Part shown: piece after piece, positions 1 to 10,543 of the stretch | Layout of the letters: the number at the start of each line of letters is the position of its first letter | Numbering within the stretch: the stretch's first letter is position 1 | NCBI GenBank assembly: GCA_965649215.1 | Contig: CBFGJZ010000001.1 | Coordinates: 73,678 to 129,451 of the forward strand | DNA length: 55,774 nucleotides | Reading direction: 5' to 3' | From: a candidate division WOR-3 bacterium | GTDB lineage: Bacteria > Hydrothermota > Tepidihabitantia > Tepidihabitantales > CAIPLT01 | Translations under genes and position numbers: made by a program | Notes under the pieces: generated by a model | Told to the model about the DNA's origin: nothing | Databases searched by the model: none | Seen by the model: the letters and a program-made list of their open reading frames with translations, nothing else

Positions 1-2
1 CA

Positions 3-632
3 TATGCGCAAGAGAGTCTTAATACAATCGTGGTAAGGGGAGAAGGTGTTATTGAACAAGAAGCAGATTTAGCAATTGTGCAACTGGGTGTTTCGTTACA
101 AGATCGTACCGCAGATAAGGCATACAAAGAAGTAAATCGCATTGTGAATGAAATTATCAAGGCAGTGTCAAGAGTCGGCATTAAAAAAGAAGATATTAAA
201 ACTGCCTCGATTGGCTTATATCCTCAGTATGAATTTCCCGAAGGCACGCAAAGGTTGATTGGGTATCAAATGTATCATAATCTATCTTTAAGAGTTAGAG
301 ATATTAGAAAGTTAGCGGATGTGATTGATTTTGCTACGGTCGCAGGAGCCAATACGATTTCTTCGATTAGTTTTGGATTTCAAGACCCCGCGAAATTAGA
401 AAGTCAAGCCCGAGTTATGGCCATTAATGATGCCACCCAAAAAGCGCAAGCGATCGCAAAAGCAACTAATCTTAATTTAGGTCGGATTGTTCAAATTATT
501 GAAGATTTGCCCTCAAAAAGAGAGTTGCCATATTATGTGGGCGCTGGGGGACCAGATGGAAACGAGATTATGCAAGGAGCAAATGTTATTAAAGTTGCCG
601 TAACAATTACTTATGAAATTATTAACAAATAA
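3..632 (+). CDS. SIMPL domain (DUF541/YggE-like) protein, 5'-truncated by window edge
   Basis: Frame is open from base 3 (YAQESLNTIVVRGEG). Motifs DIKTASIGLYPQY, GANTISSISF and ARVMAINDA..KA are typical of DUF541. Confidence 0.85.
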   Translation, partial: YAQESLNTIVVRGEGVIEQEADLAIVQLGVSLQDRTADKAYKEVNRIVNEIIKAVSRVGIKKEDIKTASIGLYPQYEFPEGTQRLIGYQMYHNLSLRVRDIRKLADVIDFATVAGANTISSISFGFQDPAKLESQARVMAINDATQKAQAIAKATNLNLGRIVQIIEDLPSKRELPYYVGAGGPDGNEIMQGANVIKVAVTITYEIINK

Positions 633-641
633 GGAGAAACT

Positions 642-1598
642 ATGAAAGCATTAATTACAGGTATAACTGGTTTTGCCGGCAGCCATTTAGCCGAGTTTTT
701 ACTTACACAAAAAGGAATGAAGGTTTATGGAATTTATCGCTGGCGGTCAAGGACCGACAATATTGAAAAGATTAAAAACAAAGTGCAGTTCTTTGAATGC
801 GATTTAAGAGACGCTGCGTCAACGTTAGCTGTGATTAAAAAAGTCAAACCAGATATGATCTTTCATTTGGCCGCACAAAGTTATGTCCCAATGTCATGGA
901 TTGCACCGAATGAGACGCTAACTACCAATATTCTTAGCGAAGTCAATATTTTTGAAGCAATTCGCACCTTGGGATTAAAAGATTGTCGAGTGCAACTCGC
1001 TTGTTCGAGTGAAGAATATGGAATGGTTTTATCGTCAGAAATACCAATTAAAGAGACCAACCCGCTTCGACCTTTAAGTCCGTACGGGGTTAGTAAGGTG
1101 GCGCAAGATTTATTGGGCTATCAGTATTTTATGAGTTACGGACTAAAGATCATTCGAACCCGTGCGTTTAATCATACCGGGCCTCGTCGGGGTGATGTTT
1201 TTGTAACTTCAAATTTTGCTAAACAGATTGCAGAGATTGAAAAACGTAAACGAGAACCGATTATTTATGTCGGTAATTTAGAAGCGGTGCGAGATTTTAC
1301 AGATGTCCGTGATGTCGTGCGCGCATACTATATGATTTTAAAAGATGGTAAATTTGGTGATGTCTACAATATTTGTTCGGGCAAAGGCTATAAAATTAAA
1401 GAGATGTTAGCGATTCAATTAAAATTAGCCAAATGTAAAATTAAAATCCAGCAGGATCCACAAAGGCTGCGACCATCCGATGTTGAGCTCTTAATTGGGG
1501 ATAACACCAAGATTCGAAAAGCAATTGGGTGGAAACCAGAGATACCTTTTGAACGAACGATGCAAGATTTACTTAATTATTGGCGAGCGCGCGTTTAG
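642..1598 (+). CDS. NDP-sugar extended SDR, GDP-mannose dehydratase/Rmd-like
   Basis: TGITGFAG Rossmann motif, HLAAQS, SSEEYG, YGVSK catalytic motif, RAFNHTGP; SD AAGGAG upstream. Confidence 0.85.
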   Translation: MKALITGITGFAGSHLAEFLLTQKGMKVYGIYRWRSRTDNIEKIKNKVQFFECDLRDAASTLAVIKKVKPDMIFHLAAQSYVPMSWIAPNETLTTNILSEVNIFEAIRTLGLKDCRVQLACSSEEYGMVLSSEIPIKETNPLRPLSPYGVSKVAQDLLGYQYFMSYGLKIIRTRAFNHTGPRRGDVFVTSNFAKQIAEIEKRKREPIIYVGNLEAVRDFTDVRDVVRAYYMILKDGKFGDVYNICSGKGYKIKEMLAIQLKLAKCKIKIQQDPQRLRPSDVELLIGDNTKIRKAIGWKPEIPFERTMQDLLNYWRARV

Positions 1599-1620
1599 TT
1601 TTGAATTGAATAGTCATCGC

Positions 1621-2550
1621 ATGAAGCATATCTTGATTACAGGCATTGAAGGCTTTGTCGGTACTCATTTAGCAAAATATTTACAAGATAAGGGATATCA
1701 AATATCAGGTATTTATTTTCAAACTCCCCAGCAAAAAATTGGCCGCATTTTTCAAGCTGATATTAGAGATTATCAAAAGATCTTTTTAATTATCAAAAAA
1801 CTCAAACCTAATGTTATCTTTCATTTAGCCGCTCAAAGTTCGGTTGCACAGAGCGAAAAAAACATCAAAGATGCTTTTTCTATAAATGTTGAAGGTACGC
1901 TTAATATTTTAGATGCGGTAAACAAATTAGATTTCAAGACAAGAATTATTTTTATTTCTTCCTGCGAAGTTTATGGTAATCAACAAGTACGTTTGAGCGA
2001 AAAATCTGCTACGAAACCGATTAGTTTTTACGCGGCGACTAAATTATGTGCGGAAAATATCTGTCAGTATTACCACCGGCGATATCGATTAGATGTTGTT
2101 ATTTTAAGGCCCTTTAGCCATACTGGTATTGGGCAAGCTGAACATTTTCTTTTTCCTCGGATAACTAAACAGATTGCAGAAATTGAAGCGGATTTGGCAA
2201 AACCAATATTGAAAATTGGTAATATTGAAGTACGACGGGATTATCTTGATATTAGTGATGTTATCAGAGCATATGAATTGGCAATGCGTAAAGGCAAAGC
2301 AGGTGAAATCTATAATATTACTTCTGAAAAACCATATTCAATCAAAGATGCGCTCAATTATTTATTAAAATTGAGTACGGTTCGAATAAAAGTAAAGGTT
2401 GATAAGCAATTGGTGCGTAAATATGATATTACGTTACTAACCGGTAAAACAGATAAGTTTCGAAAGGTTACAGGTTGGCAACCAAAAGTTGAGTTTTTTA
2501 CAACCCTGAAAAATCTTTTAGAGTATTATCGACAACAAATAGCCCAGTAA
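1621..2550 (+). CDS. Second NDP-sugar extended SDR, Rmd-like
   Basis: ATG at 1621 gives MKHILITGIEGFVG; HLAAQS, YAATK, RPFSHTG. The ORF-track start at 1495 overlaps the previous gene. Confidence 0.8.
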   Translation: MKHILITGIEGFVGTHLAKYLQDKGYQISGIYFQTPQQKIGRIFQADIRDYQKIFLIIKKLKPNVIFHLAAQSSVAQSEKNIKDAFSINVEGTLNILDAVNKLDFKTRIIFISSCEVYGNQQVRLSEKSATKPISFYAATKLCAENICQYYHRRYRLDVVILRPFSHTGIGQAEHFLFPRITKQIAEIEADLAKPILKIGNIEVRRDYLDISDVIRAYELAMRKGKAGEIYNITSEKPYSIKDALNYLLKLSTVRIKVKVDKQLVRKYDITLLTGKTDKFRKVTGWQPKVEFFTTLKNLLEYYRQQIAQ

Positions 2551-2552
2551 TC

Positions 2553-3410
2553 GTGGTTTCTGTTATTATTGTAAGCTGGAATAGCGAACAAGAAATCATT
2601 TCCTGTCTTGATTCAATTGTTAAACAGAAAGCAAACTATCCCGAACTGGAAATTATCTTGGTTGATAATAATTCACAAGACAAAACCAAAGAATTAGTCA
2701 AAAAGGAATTTGGAGAAGTTGTCCTTATTAGCAATAGAAAAAATCTGGGATATGCTCGGGCAAACAATCAAGGACTGAATCAAGCTCGTGGCGAATATAT
2801 CTTATTAGTTAATCCTGATGTGGTATTAACTGATAATTTTCTTGCGCCATTAGTTGAGTTATTAGAAAAGAATAAAGAAGTTGGTGCGGTTGCACCAAAA
2901 CTGCTTAATCCTGATTTGTCGGTGCAAAAATCAATTCGTAGTTTTCCTGATTATCAAATTTTATTATGGGAGATATCAGGGCTTGCTAAACTAATGCCTT
3001 ATCATAAAGTATTTGGAAAGTGGCGCCTTACTTATTTTAATTATGATATAGAACAAGAAATTGAACAACCCATGACCTCATGCCTATTGGTGCGTAAGTC
3101 AGTTTTTGATGCGATTGGTTATTTTGATGAGCGTTTTGAGATGTTTTTTAATGATGTTGATTTGTGCAAGCGAATGATTAGTGCAGGTTGGAAAATTTAT
3201 TATTGGCCTCATAGTTTTGCAATCCATAATCGTGGTACTAGCACGAGAAAGGTACGTAACCGGATGATTTTTTCTATGCATAAAAGTTTATATCACTATT
3301 TTGAGAAGTATGACAAAAGCGCTTGGTTTGGGTTTAAGAGATTATTTATTTATCCGGTCTTGCTTTTTTCGGCAATCTTACGAGCATTAGGCGTATCGCT
3401 TATTAAGTAA
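2553..3410 (+). CDS. Glycosyltransferase family 2 (WbbL/rhamnosyltransferase-like)
   Basis: VSVIIVSWN, VDNNSQD, NLGYARANNQG, LLVNPD, FDERFEMFFNDVDLC. Confidence 0.9.
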   Translation: MVSVIIVSWNSEQEIISCLDSIVKQKANYPELEIILVDNNSQDKTKELVKKEFGEVVLISNRKNLGYARANNQGLNQARGEYILLVNPDVVLTDNFLAPLVELLEKNKEVGAVAPKLLNPDLSVQKSIRSFPDYQILLWEISGLAKLMPYHKVFGKWRLTYFNYDIEQEIEQPMTSCLLVRKSVFDAIGYFDERFEMFFNDVDLCKRMISAGWKIYYWPHSFAIHNRGTSTRKVRNRMIFSMHKSLYHYFEKYDKSAWFGFKRLFIYPVLLFSAILRALGVSLIK

Positions 3411-4578
3411 GGATTTGATTAAAAATAAGACTCAATTGGTAACTTTGTTCGATGCGATTGTACCTTTCTAAATTGATTGGGTCATAAGGTACTTTTTGAT
3501 TTAAGTAAGATTGGATGAATTGCTTTATTGCAGTAAGATCTTTATTGATAACAAATCCTGCTTGGTGGTTTTTAATTAACTGAGTAGCTTGAGCTGTGTT
3601 ATCACCAATTGCTAAAATTGGTTTACGAGCGCCAAAATATTCATAAAGTTTAAGGCCGACCGCCTGATTGGGCTTAGAAATATATAAAAGAAGTGAAGCC
3701 CCTTTCATAATTGCAATTGTTTCGGCATGAGAATGTAATCCCAAATAATGGACATTATGGTATCTAGGTATTTCATTTAAGAAAGATTGACTTAACTGAC
3801 CTAGTAAAGTTAGTCTGACTTGGGGAAAATCGGCAATTGCTTGCATCACTATTTTGAGTTCGTTTTCGATGCCAAAGATATTGCCAGTATGGACAATATT
3901 AAGACCCTTAAACTCAATTGCTGGTTGATTAAACTCATCAGGGTCATAACCGTTGTCAATGATATGGGCTGAAGGATAGTTGATTTGAGTGCGGATTTGG
4001 GCGTTGACAGTAATTACCGCATCAGCTTGTTTAAGGAGGTCATCACGAAGATTTTCAACTCGATTTCTAATTATTCGGGGAGGTTCTATAAATCCAGTTG
4101 GCCAAGGATCGCGGAAATCAATAGTTAAGGGTAAGTTAAATTTCTTTTTTAATTTTAGAGCAACTACCAATGAACTGAAGGGTGGTGAAGTTGCAAAGAG
4201 TAAAGCAGGTTTTTCTTTCTGAATAATTTTATTACCCAGTTGAGTAGCAAAGGGTATCCAAGGTGATTTAGCATCAGGAAAGAAAATGAAGTTGGAAAAG
4301 ATACTCATTTTATTTGTTTTAGCTTTAATTAACGATGATGGTAATTTGAAACGATACCACAAACGAGCCAAATCAAGACTCTCACTACGATAAATCGGAA
4401 CATGTGTTAGATCGTTCATTAGTTGGGCATCATAATGATAGTACGCAATCGGTTTTACACTGAGAATTATTGGTTGCCAATTAAAACGGGGTAGATATTT
4501 AGCAAATTTAGTGATTCGCATCACCCCGCTCATGCCTAATGGCGGTGTGTAATAGGCGATAATTAATACTTTAGGCAC
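3403..4578 (-). CDS. Glycosyltransferase family 4-like
   Basis: KVLIIAYYTPP..GVMR, TSPPFS, DFRDPW, NGYD, KLYEY motifs. Confidence 0.85.
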   Translation of the reverse strand: MPKVLIIAYYTPPLGMSGVMRITKFAKYLPRFNWQPIILSVKPIAYYHYDAQLMNDLTHVPIYRSESLDLARLWYRFKLPSSLIKAKTNKMSIFSNFIFFPDAKSPWIPFATQLGNKIIQKEKPALLFATSPPFSSLVVALKLKKKFNLPLTIDFRDPWPTGFIEPPRIIRNRVENLRDDLLKQADAVITVNAQIRTQINYPSAHIIDNGYDPDEFNQPAIEFKGLNIVHTGNIFGIENELKIVMQAIADFPQVRLTLLGQLSQSFLNEIPRYHNVHYLGLHSHAETIAIMKGASLLLYISKPNQAVGLKLYEYFGARKPILAIGDNTAQATQLIKNHQAGFVINKDLTAIKQFIQSYLNQKVPYDPINLERYNRIEQSYQLSLIFNQILT

Positions 4579-4624
4579 AATCCTATCTTATTATCTGAGT
4601 GCAAATTGTTTTGTCAATAATTAA

Positions 4625-6409
4625 TTATTGAATTTGTTTACTTCTAGCGTAAATTTCATCAATTAGAACTTTGTATTTTTCAAAGATTTTATTTCGCCGT
4701 AATTTTAAGGTTGGTGTTAATAAGCCATTTTCAATCGTAAAATTTTCGGCAAGAAGTTGAAAGTCTTTAATCTTCTCATACTGAGATAAATTTTGACAAG
4801 CATCATCTATAAGACGACGCATAAATTGGATGATTTTTGTATTGTTAAGAAGTTGCGTATAGTTATCATATTGAATATTATTTTGATGGGCATAAAGTTC
4901 TAGTAATTTTCGATTCGGTACAATTAATGCAATGATATAACTGCGATTATCACCAAAAATTAGCGCTTGCTCAATATATCCCGTTTTAATGAGTTTTTCT
5001 TCGATTGGAATCGGTGGAATTTTTTTACCATAAGAGGTAACGATTAATTCTTTAAGCCGTCCGGTAATAATTAAATGGCCATGTGCATCAAACTTTCCTT
5101 GATCACCAGTATGAAACCAACCGTCTTGGTCAATTACGCGCTTGGTCTCTTGTTCTTTATTAAAATAACCAAGCATCAAATTCGGTCCTTGCATTAAGAT
5201 TTCATTGTTTTCACCAATTTTTACTTTAACATTCGGAAATGGTTTACCAACGGTGCCGATTTTGTTATCTTTTGGTGTGTTGGCACTAATTACTGGAGAA
5301 GTTTCAGTAAGGCCATATCCTTCACAAATAGTAAATTTAAGTGCTTGATAGATATAAGCAATCTTACGATTGAGCGGAGCACCGCCAGAAACGATTAGTC
5401 TTAATCGACCGCCAGCTAATTTATGAAATTTACGTGCAATCAGTCGGTCGAAAATAAGATGCTTAATTTTAAGAGTATGGGGTATCGGTTGATTGCGATA
5501 GCGTAAAAGCGTATAAGAGTTGAGATTTTTAATTGCCATACGCATGATTTTTTTAGTAAGATTGGAAGACGTCATAATTTTATCAACGGCAGTTTGATAA
5601 GCTTTTTCTAAAACACGAGGTAAGGCAATCAATAAAGTAGGTTTGATTTTTTTAATATCGACACTAATTGTAGAGATACTTTCAGCATATCCGATTGTTG
5701 CCCCACTAAAAATCATGGTATAATAACCGCAGGTCCGTTCAAACATATGAGAAGCTGGTAAATATGACATAATTACATCTCGTTCATTGATATCAAAGAG
5801 TTTGATTGCGGTTAAAGCATTGCTAATGATATTATGATGGGTGAGCATCGCTCCTTTCGGCTCGGCAGTAGTACCAGAAGTGTAGACAATCGTGGCAAGA
5901 TCGTGCTCAGAAAGATTAATTGATAATGACGGATTGGCATTATCAGTTTTTAATAAATCTTTGAATTTATAATAAGTAAGTGAGGTCGAAATGTTAGTAT
6001 CATCATAAATAATTATTTTTTTCAGAGCTATTAAATCATTGGCAATTGTTTTAAAGTTATCAAAGAGTTGTTTGTTTTCAATAAAGATTAATTTTGCTTG
6101 GGTCTCTTGAAGGATATAATGGATATAATAAGCAGAGAGTACATGATAAATGGGAACCACAATAAGTCCTAATTTTAAGGCAGCTAAATCAGAGATTGCC
6201 CATTCCGCTCGATTGTAGGAATAGATTGCAATCTTATCGCCTTTAGCTAAACCCATTTGAAATAGGTTGTGAGCTAAATTATTAATTAATTGATTAAGTT
6301 CGGCATAGGATATCTTTTTGAATTTCTGGTTTTGTTTGTACATGAGCGCAGTGCGATGAGGATATTTTTTAACGCTATTTAGAAAACACTCGTAAATGGT
6401 ATTGGGCAT
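4625..6409 (-). CDS. Long-chain fatty acid-CoA ligase (AMP-dependent synthetase)
   Basis: YTSGTTAEPKG AMP-binding loop, EGYGLTETSP, GWFHTGD, LTPTLK. Confidence 0.92.
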   Translation of the reverse strand: MPNTIYECFLNSVKKYPHRTALMYKQNQKFKKISYAELNQLINNLAHNLFQMGLAKGDKIAIYSYNRAEWAISDLAALKLGLIVVPIYHVLSAYYIHYILQETQAKLIFIENKQLFDNFKTIANDLIALKKIIIYDDTNISTSLTYYKFKDLLKTDNANPSLSINLSEHDLATIVYTSGTTAEPKGAMLTHHNIISNALTAIKLFDINERDVIMSYLPASHMFERTCGYYTMIFSGATIGYAESISTISVDIKKIKPTLLIALPRVLEKAYQTAVDKIMTSSNLTKKIMRMAIKNLNSYTLLRYRNQPIPHTLKIKHLIFDRLIARKFHKLAGGRLRLIVSGGAPLNRKIAYIYQALKFTICEGYGLTETSPVISANTPKDNKIGTVGKPFPNVKVKIGENNEILMQGPNLMLGYFNKEQETKRVIDQDGWFHTGDQGKFDAHGHLIITGRLKELIVTSYGKKIPPIPIEEKLIKTGYIEQALIFGDNRSYIIALIVPNRKLLELYAHQNNIQYDNYTQLLNNTKIIQFMRRLIDDACQNLSQYEKIKDFQLLAENFTIENGLLTPTLKLRRNKIFEKYKVLIDEIYARSKQIQ

Positions 6410-6413
6410 TGCG

Positions 6414-7598
6414 TTAAATAAGTGCTAATTTTTTTCCAATGAGTTTAAATTTGTCCAAGGTAAATTGTAAATCTTCTTTTTTATGTGCAGCTGAGAGACT
6501 GACACGGATGATTGAATTGTCTTTGGGTACGGCAGGATAAATTACCGGGTTGACAAAGACTCCTTCTTGTTCCATCAAACCGGTCATCATAAAAGCTTTA
6601 TTGTCATTATTGATGATAATAGGAATAATCGGTGTGATTGTCTCATCAAGCTGAAAACCTAAATCCTTAAGGCCGTTTTTTAAGAAATTAGCATTGTTGT
6701 GAAGGGTTTGAATGAGTTGAGGATTTTGTTCAATTACTTCGATTGCCGCAATAACCGTTGCTACGACCGATGGCGGTGGGCTGGCGGTAAAAATAAACGG
6801 CCGCGATGAGAGTTTGATGAATTCAATAATCGTATTTTGACTACAAGTAAAACCACCAACCGCAGCAAATGATTTACTAAAAGTACCTGAAACTAAAGCA
6901 ATTTCCCCTTCCATATTAAAATGCTCTAAAGTACCACGGCCAGTTTTACCTAAAACTCCTGTGGCGTGGGCGTCATCAATCATAATTTCAGCATGATATT
7001 TATCAGCTAATTTTTTTATTTCGGGTAGATTGGCAACATCGCCTTTCATACTAAAGACACCATCTGTGATGATGAGTTTATTGGTTTCTAAGGGGAATCG
7101 GGCAAGTTTTTCTTCTAAATCCATCATATCATTATGCTTATAGACAATTGTCTTGGCTTTTGAAAGGCGACATCCTTCAATGATACTGGCATGATTTAAG
7201 GCATCACTAAAGATAACATCATTTTGATCAGTAATTGCCGAAATCGTTGCCATTAATGCCATAAAACCGGCACTGAAAGTAATCGCATCTTCGGTCTTCT
7301 TAAAACGAGCAAGTTTTTGTTCTAACTTATTATGAAGACTGGTTGTACCAGTTAAAATCCGAGAGCCACACGAACCAGTCCCATATTCTTGAATTGCTTT
7401 GATCGCTGCTTGTTTGACCTGAGGATGGTCGGTTAGACCAAGATAATTATTAGAGCCCAAATTAATCATCCGTTTGCCGTGTCGGTTGACGATTGGGCTG
7501 GCTGCAGGATCAATTTCTCGCAGGTAGAAAAATTGGCCATGCGTTTTAAGATAATGGGCTTGTTCTCTTAAGAAAATTGTTTTGTCAAAGAGTCCCAT
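6414..7598 (-). CDS. PLP-dependent alpha-oxoamine synthase (Spt/BioF/Kbl family), Spt-like
   Basis: GSNNYLGL, NHASI, DGVFSMKGD, DDAH, GTFSKS. Start moved to the ATG at 7598 behind the SD AGGAGG. Confidence 0.85.
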   Translation of the reverse strand: MGLFDKTIFLREQAHYLKTHGQFFYLREIDPAASPIVNRHGKRMINLGSNNYLGLTDHPQVKQAAIKAIQEYGTGSCGSRILTGTTSLHNKLEQKLARFKKTEDAITFSAGFMALMATISAITDQNDVIFSDALNHASIIEGCRLSKAKTIVYKHNDMMDLEEKLARFPLETNKLIITDGVFSMKGDVANLPEIKKLADKYHAEIMIDDAHATGVLGKTGRGTLEHFNMEGEIALVSGTFSKSFAAVGGFTCSQNTIIEFIKLSSRPFIFTASPPPSVVATVIAAIEVIEQNPQLIQTLHNNANFLKNGLKDLGFQLDETITPIIPIIINNDNKAFMMTGLMEQEGVFVNPVIYPAVPKDNSIIRVSLSAAHKKEDLQFTLDKFKLIGKKLALI

Positions 7599-7645
7599 GA
7601 TACCTCCTGAAATTTTCATTAGCTCGGACCATAAAACAATATTCA

Positions 7646-7673
7646 ATTGTAATAATTTAATCATATCTGTCAA
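7646..7673 (-). promoter_or_regulatory. sigma70-type promoter for the spt-like/acyl-CoA ligase unit
   Basis: TTGACA-16bp-TACAAT on the minus strand. Confidence 0.6.
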
Positions 7674-7693
7674 CAAGAAGATGGTTGGCAATA

Positions 7694-7722
7694 TTGACAC
7701 AGCGTTATTTTTTAAGTATTGT
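7694..7722 (+). promoter_or_regulatory. sigma70-type promoter for metK (likely leaderless)
   Basis: TTGACA-17bp-TATTGT, 7 nt before ATG 7730. Confidence 0.6.
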
Positions 7723-7729
7723 TATGATT

Positions 7730-8902
7730 ATGAGAATAAATAATTATAGGGTTTATTTTACTTCTGAATCAGTAACCGAAGGACATCCCGATAAGTTATG
7801 TGATCAGATTTCGGATGCGGTTTTAGATGATGTTTTACGGCAAGATAAGTATGGTCGAGTGGCCTGTGAAGTTTTTGTGTCGGTGGGATTGGTAATTGTT
7901 GGTGGCGAGATTACTACCAAAGCATATGTTGATTTACCAAAACTGGTGAGGAGTTTGCTAACTGATATAGGATATACGGATACGAAGTTTGGATTGAGTG
8001 CGGAAAACTGTGCGATTATCAATATCATCGGTAAACAATCACCGGATATTGCCCAAGGAGTTGATGTTGGTGGTGCGGGTGATCAAGGATTGATGATTGG
8101 TTATGCCTGTAATGAAACTAAAGAATTGATGCCATTACCAATTATGTTAGCCCATAGTTTGTGTCGACGGTTAGCATTAGTGCGTAAACAAAAAATTCTG
8201 CCGTATTTAAGACCCGATGGTAAATCACAAGTTACGGTTGAATACCAAAATGGTAAACCAGTGCGGATTTCGAGTGTTGTATTAGCAGCTCAACATTCAG
8301 AAAGTATCTTAGATAAGACAGGCAAAAAGATTACCAAGAAGGCACGAGAAGAGATTATTGAGACCGTTGTCAAAGATGTGATTCCACGTCACTTATTAGA
8401 CAAGAATACAAAGTATTTTGTTAACGAAACGGGTAAGTTTGTGGTTGGTGGACCTCAGTCTGATACTGGTATGACTGGCCGAAAATTGATTGTCGATACT
8501 TATGGCGGGATGGTTAGACATGGCGGTGGCGCGTTTTCGGGCAAAGACCCAACCAAAGTTGACCGCACCGCATCTTATTTTGCCCGCTATGTAGCTAAGA
8601 ACTGCGTTGCGGCAGGAGTCTGTGATAAGATGGAGTTGAGTTTAGCTTATGTGATTGGTAGAGCAGAGCCAACTCATATCAGCATTAATACTTTTGGCAC
8701 TTGTAAAATATCTGAAGAAAAATTATTACGGGTTATTAAAGAAATTTTTAATTTCACTCCCCAAGGAATGATTGATAAACTAAATTTACGGCGTCCAATT
8801 TATCTGCCAACTGCTTGTTATGGACATTTTGGACGCAATGAAAAAAATTTTACTTGGGAACAGACTGATTGTGTTGACGAGATAAGAAGGGCGGTGAGAT
8901 AA
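7730..8902 (+). CDS. metK: S-adenosylmethionine synthetase
   Basis: [34 protein letters not shown]. Start placed at ATG 7730. Confidence 0.97.
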   Translation: MRINNYRVYFTSESVTEGHPDKLCDQISDAVLDDVLRQDKYGRVACEVFVSVGLVIVGGEITTKAYVDLPKLVRSLLTDIGYTDTKFGLSAENCAIINIIGKQSPDIAQGVDVGGAGDQGLMIGYACNETKELMPLPIMLAHSLCRRLALVRKQKILPYLRPDGKSQVTVEYQNGKPVRISSVVLAAQHSESILDKTGKKITKKAREEIIETVVKDVIPRHLLDKNTKYFVNETGKFVVGGPQSDTGMTGRKLIVDTYGGMVRHGGGAFSGKDPTKVDRTASYFARYVAKNCVAAGVCDKMELSLAYVIGRAEPTHISINTFGTCKISEEKLLRVIKEIFNFTPQGMIDKLNLRRPIYLPTACYGHFGRNEKNFTWEQTDCVDEIRRAVR

Positions 8903-10168
<1,266 letters not shown>

Positions 10169-10279
10169 GATAAGACTCTAAAATTACTGTTAGATAAAAA
10201 GACTAAGCAAAAATTCGTTTGTTTAGGAGAGAGAAAAAATTTTCAAAGTAATAAGATTAGAACCCATCATTGTCGTTGT

Positions 10280-10471
10280 GGTAACCCAGAAGGTTATCTT
10301 GTGGGGAATCCTTTAGGTCGTCTCATCAATAATCGGCTAAGTTATCTAATTTACAATTGCTTAGGCTTGCTACTCGATTATCAAAATGGTTGACCGGGGG
10401 GATATCCCGTGGGTTCTCCAGTGGGTTACCCATCGGAGTACCTATTGAATTGGACAGAGGATAACCGTCTC
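10280..10471. repeat. Degenerate tandem array of 16 x 12-bp units with quasi-palindromic core (GRTWAYC-like + 5 nt)
   Basis: Units such as GGTAACCCAGAA, GGTTATCTTGTG, GGATATCCCGTG, GGTTCTCCAGTG and GGTTACCCATCG keep an ungapped 12-bp register. Confidence 0.75.
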
Positions 10472-10543
10472 GAGCAAGGAATGGCTGGATATAATACATT
10501 TGAGTAAGTTTTAGTTATAAATAAAATGTTTTGGCAAAGGGTT

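Noticed and set aside
7600-7730. SAM riboswitch upstream of metK
   Set aside because: The region is filled by two divergent promoters and shows no S-box motif.
10391-10415. In-frame TGA followed by a GGGATATCCC hairpin as a selenocysteine/SECIS site
   Set aside because: No credible start codon or selenoprotein context; the hairpin is just one palindromic array unit.
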